From Octopus sinensis (Eukaryota), in NCBI RefSeq assembly GCF_006345805.1, contig NW_021828305.1, forward strand, positions 1 through 8,744: a stretch of 8,744 bases of DNA. Direction: 5' to 3'. A model generated the notes under the pieces. The model ran no database searches, was not told the DNA's origin, and saw only the letters and a program-made list of their open reading frames with translations. Shown piece by piece: positions 7,330 through 8,744 of the stretch. A program made the position numbers and the translations under genes. Position 1 is the stretch's first letter. Each line of letters opens with the position of its first letter.

Positions 7330-7397
7330 ATAGCTTCAAATTTTGGCACAAGGCTAGCGATTTTAGGGAAGGGATTTAATCCATTACCCCAGTACTT
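7330..7397 (-). mobile_element. SINE 3' end fragment
   Basis: TTTTGGCACAAGGCTAGCGATTTTAGGGAAGGG...ACCCCAGTACT resembles copy 4 at 4516-4575 (TCGGCACAAGGCCTGAAGTTTGTGAGGAGGGG...ACCCCTGTG). Confidence 0.7.
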
Positions 7398-7697
7398 CGA
7401 ACCCCAGCTTCTATACCCGGACTATGAATTCATATTCATACCAATAATGATTGGAGCACTAGGTTTTGTTAGTAAATGCTTAAAGGAGAATCTGAATAAA
7501 CTGGGGTTTTCAGAAAGACAAATCGACCGGCTGATTCGTACATTACAAGTGCAATCTGTGAGTGGAACAGTTAAAATATGCAAGACTTTTCTCAAGTTCC
7601 AAATGTGAATTTGTCTGTGTTAACTACATCCCAAAGATGGAGCCGTGTATCTTTGTTGGAAACCGGCTCCCTTCTCAGTGGAAGATCTATAATAATT
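7394..7697 (+). mobile_element. 5'-truncated RLE-type non-LTR retrotransposon (second family): ORF C-terminus plus structured 3' UTR
   Basis: QLLYPDYEFIFIPIMIGALGFVSKCLKENLNKLGFSERQIDRLIRTLQVQSVSGTVKICKTFLKFQM* (stop 7606-7608) contains the RLE C-terminal IP..IGALG motif. The UTR ends in AATAATTAAAAAAA. The clade is not assigned. Confidence 0.75.
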
Positions 7698-7713
7698 AAA
7701 AAAACAGAAGAGA

Positions 7714-7821
7714 CATACATACATACATACATACATACGTCCATCCATCCACCCATCCATCCATCCATCCATCCTCCATCCATCCATACATACATACATA
7801 CATACATACATACATACATAC
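7714..7821. repeat. (CATA)n-(CATC)n-(CATA)n tetranucleotide microsatellite
   Basis: Directly visible. Confidence 0.97.
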
Positions 7822-8044
7822 AGGGTTCAAATGTACAAAAAACAAAAGATGAAAACAGGTGAGTGAACAACAAGCAGGTATATCAGATTGACGCTTGGGA
7901 AGAATGGTAAAGTCTTTGATGTTTCAAACCTATGCTCTTTGACAGAAAGGATTGACAGGGAAAAAATGGAGAGAAAAAGGGAAAAAAATAACAGAGAAAG
8001 GAAAATATGTGTAGGAATTAACGGTTTCACGTGATAAAATGACC

Positions 8045-8079
<35 letters not shown>

Positions 8080-8154
8080 GTTTTTAAATAACTATATAGA
8101 CACGAAAATAAGGTTTATTATATAAACGATAGCTTTTATAGCGTCTAGTACTAA

Positions 8155-8267
8155 TTATAATTTAATTGTTAGTGACTTCGAAGCCTTTCTGTAGATCTGT
8201 TACTTATTAAAACTGAATAAGCTACTAACCCGTGAAAATTTCGAAGTCACTATGAATCAAATTATAA
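8155..8267. repeat. 28-bp inverted repeat pair with a 57-bp spacer (MITE-like)
   Basis: 8155-8182 TTATAATTTAATTGTTAGTGACTTCGAA versus the reverse complement of 8240-8267, TTATAATTTGATTCATAGTGACTTCGAA: 25/28 identical, with the inner 13 bp perfect. Confidence 0.8.
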
Positions 8268-8422
8268 ATACAAGTACACACACATATATAGTATATGTGT
8301 GTGTATATGTGTGTATATATGTGTGTACACACCGTTGTGTTTACCTTCCTTTGATATTTTTTCTTAATCTCTGAAAAATCTATATTTTATTGGAGACTTT
8401 CTACAAGACTTGATAATCGGCT

Positions 8423-8679
8423 GTGTGTGTGTGTGAGAGAGAGAGAAAGAGAGAGAGAGTGTGTGTGTGTGTACATGCGTGTGTGTCACTGTGCGTGTGT
8501 GTGTGTGTATGAATGTATAATATTAGCTAGTTTTCAGTTTTACATTATTATATGTTTATATACGAGAGGCATGTGAGCGCACAGATATATACATACATAA
8601 ATACACGTACACACTCAACATACACACACACGTACACACATATATACAAACACACACACGCATATATATATATATATAT

Positions 8680-8730
<51 letters not shown>
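8423..8730. repeat. Compound (TG)n/(GA)n/(CA)n/(TA)n dinucleotide microsatellites
   Basis: Directly visible; further (TA)n at 8046-8078 and mixed CA/TA/TG at 8275-8330. Confidence 0.92.
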
Positions 8731-8744
8731 TCATAAACGCAAAT

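Noticed and set aside
7255-7608. 117-aa ORF with a poly-R N-terminus taken as a real gene
   Set aside because: It is a chance in-frame fusion of (GAG)n, an antisense SINE tail and an RLE C-terminus, and it starts at a TTG.
7824-7864. 35-nt micro-exon between CATACAG and a perfect CAG|GTGAGT donor
   Set aside because: The acceptor is just the end of a (CATA)n repeat, there are no partner exons, and such motifs occur by chance.

Overview
Repeat-saturated, apparently non-genic eukaryotic DNA with no intact protein-coding gene, RNA gene or CRISPR array. From my recollection of the SINE family it is probably a coleoid cephalopod such as Octopus; this is unverified. A large part of the window is microsatellite, and nearly all long ORFs in the track are translations of these repeats. 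Between the repeats lie decayed retroposons of three kinds: six pieces of one tRNA-derived SINE; four pieces of a Tx1/L1-type LINE (APE domain, ORF2 C-terminus, two 3' ends); and two restriction-like-endonuclease (RLE) non-LTR element 3' ends plus one probable isolated 3' UTR. The most interesting patterns are: (1) one SINE split by a 555-bp internal LINE segment; (2) recurrent SINE breakpoints in one hairpin-rich window, each fused to a LINE fragment; (3) a ~285-bp (GTA)n microsatellite that appears to have grown from Val codons next to the RLE catalytic motif; (4) a clean H-type pseudoknot in an RLE 3' UTR; (5) two unexplained near-perfect inverted repeats. All family assignments are by eye, without database searches.
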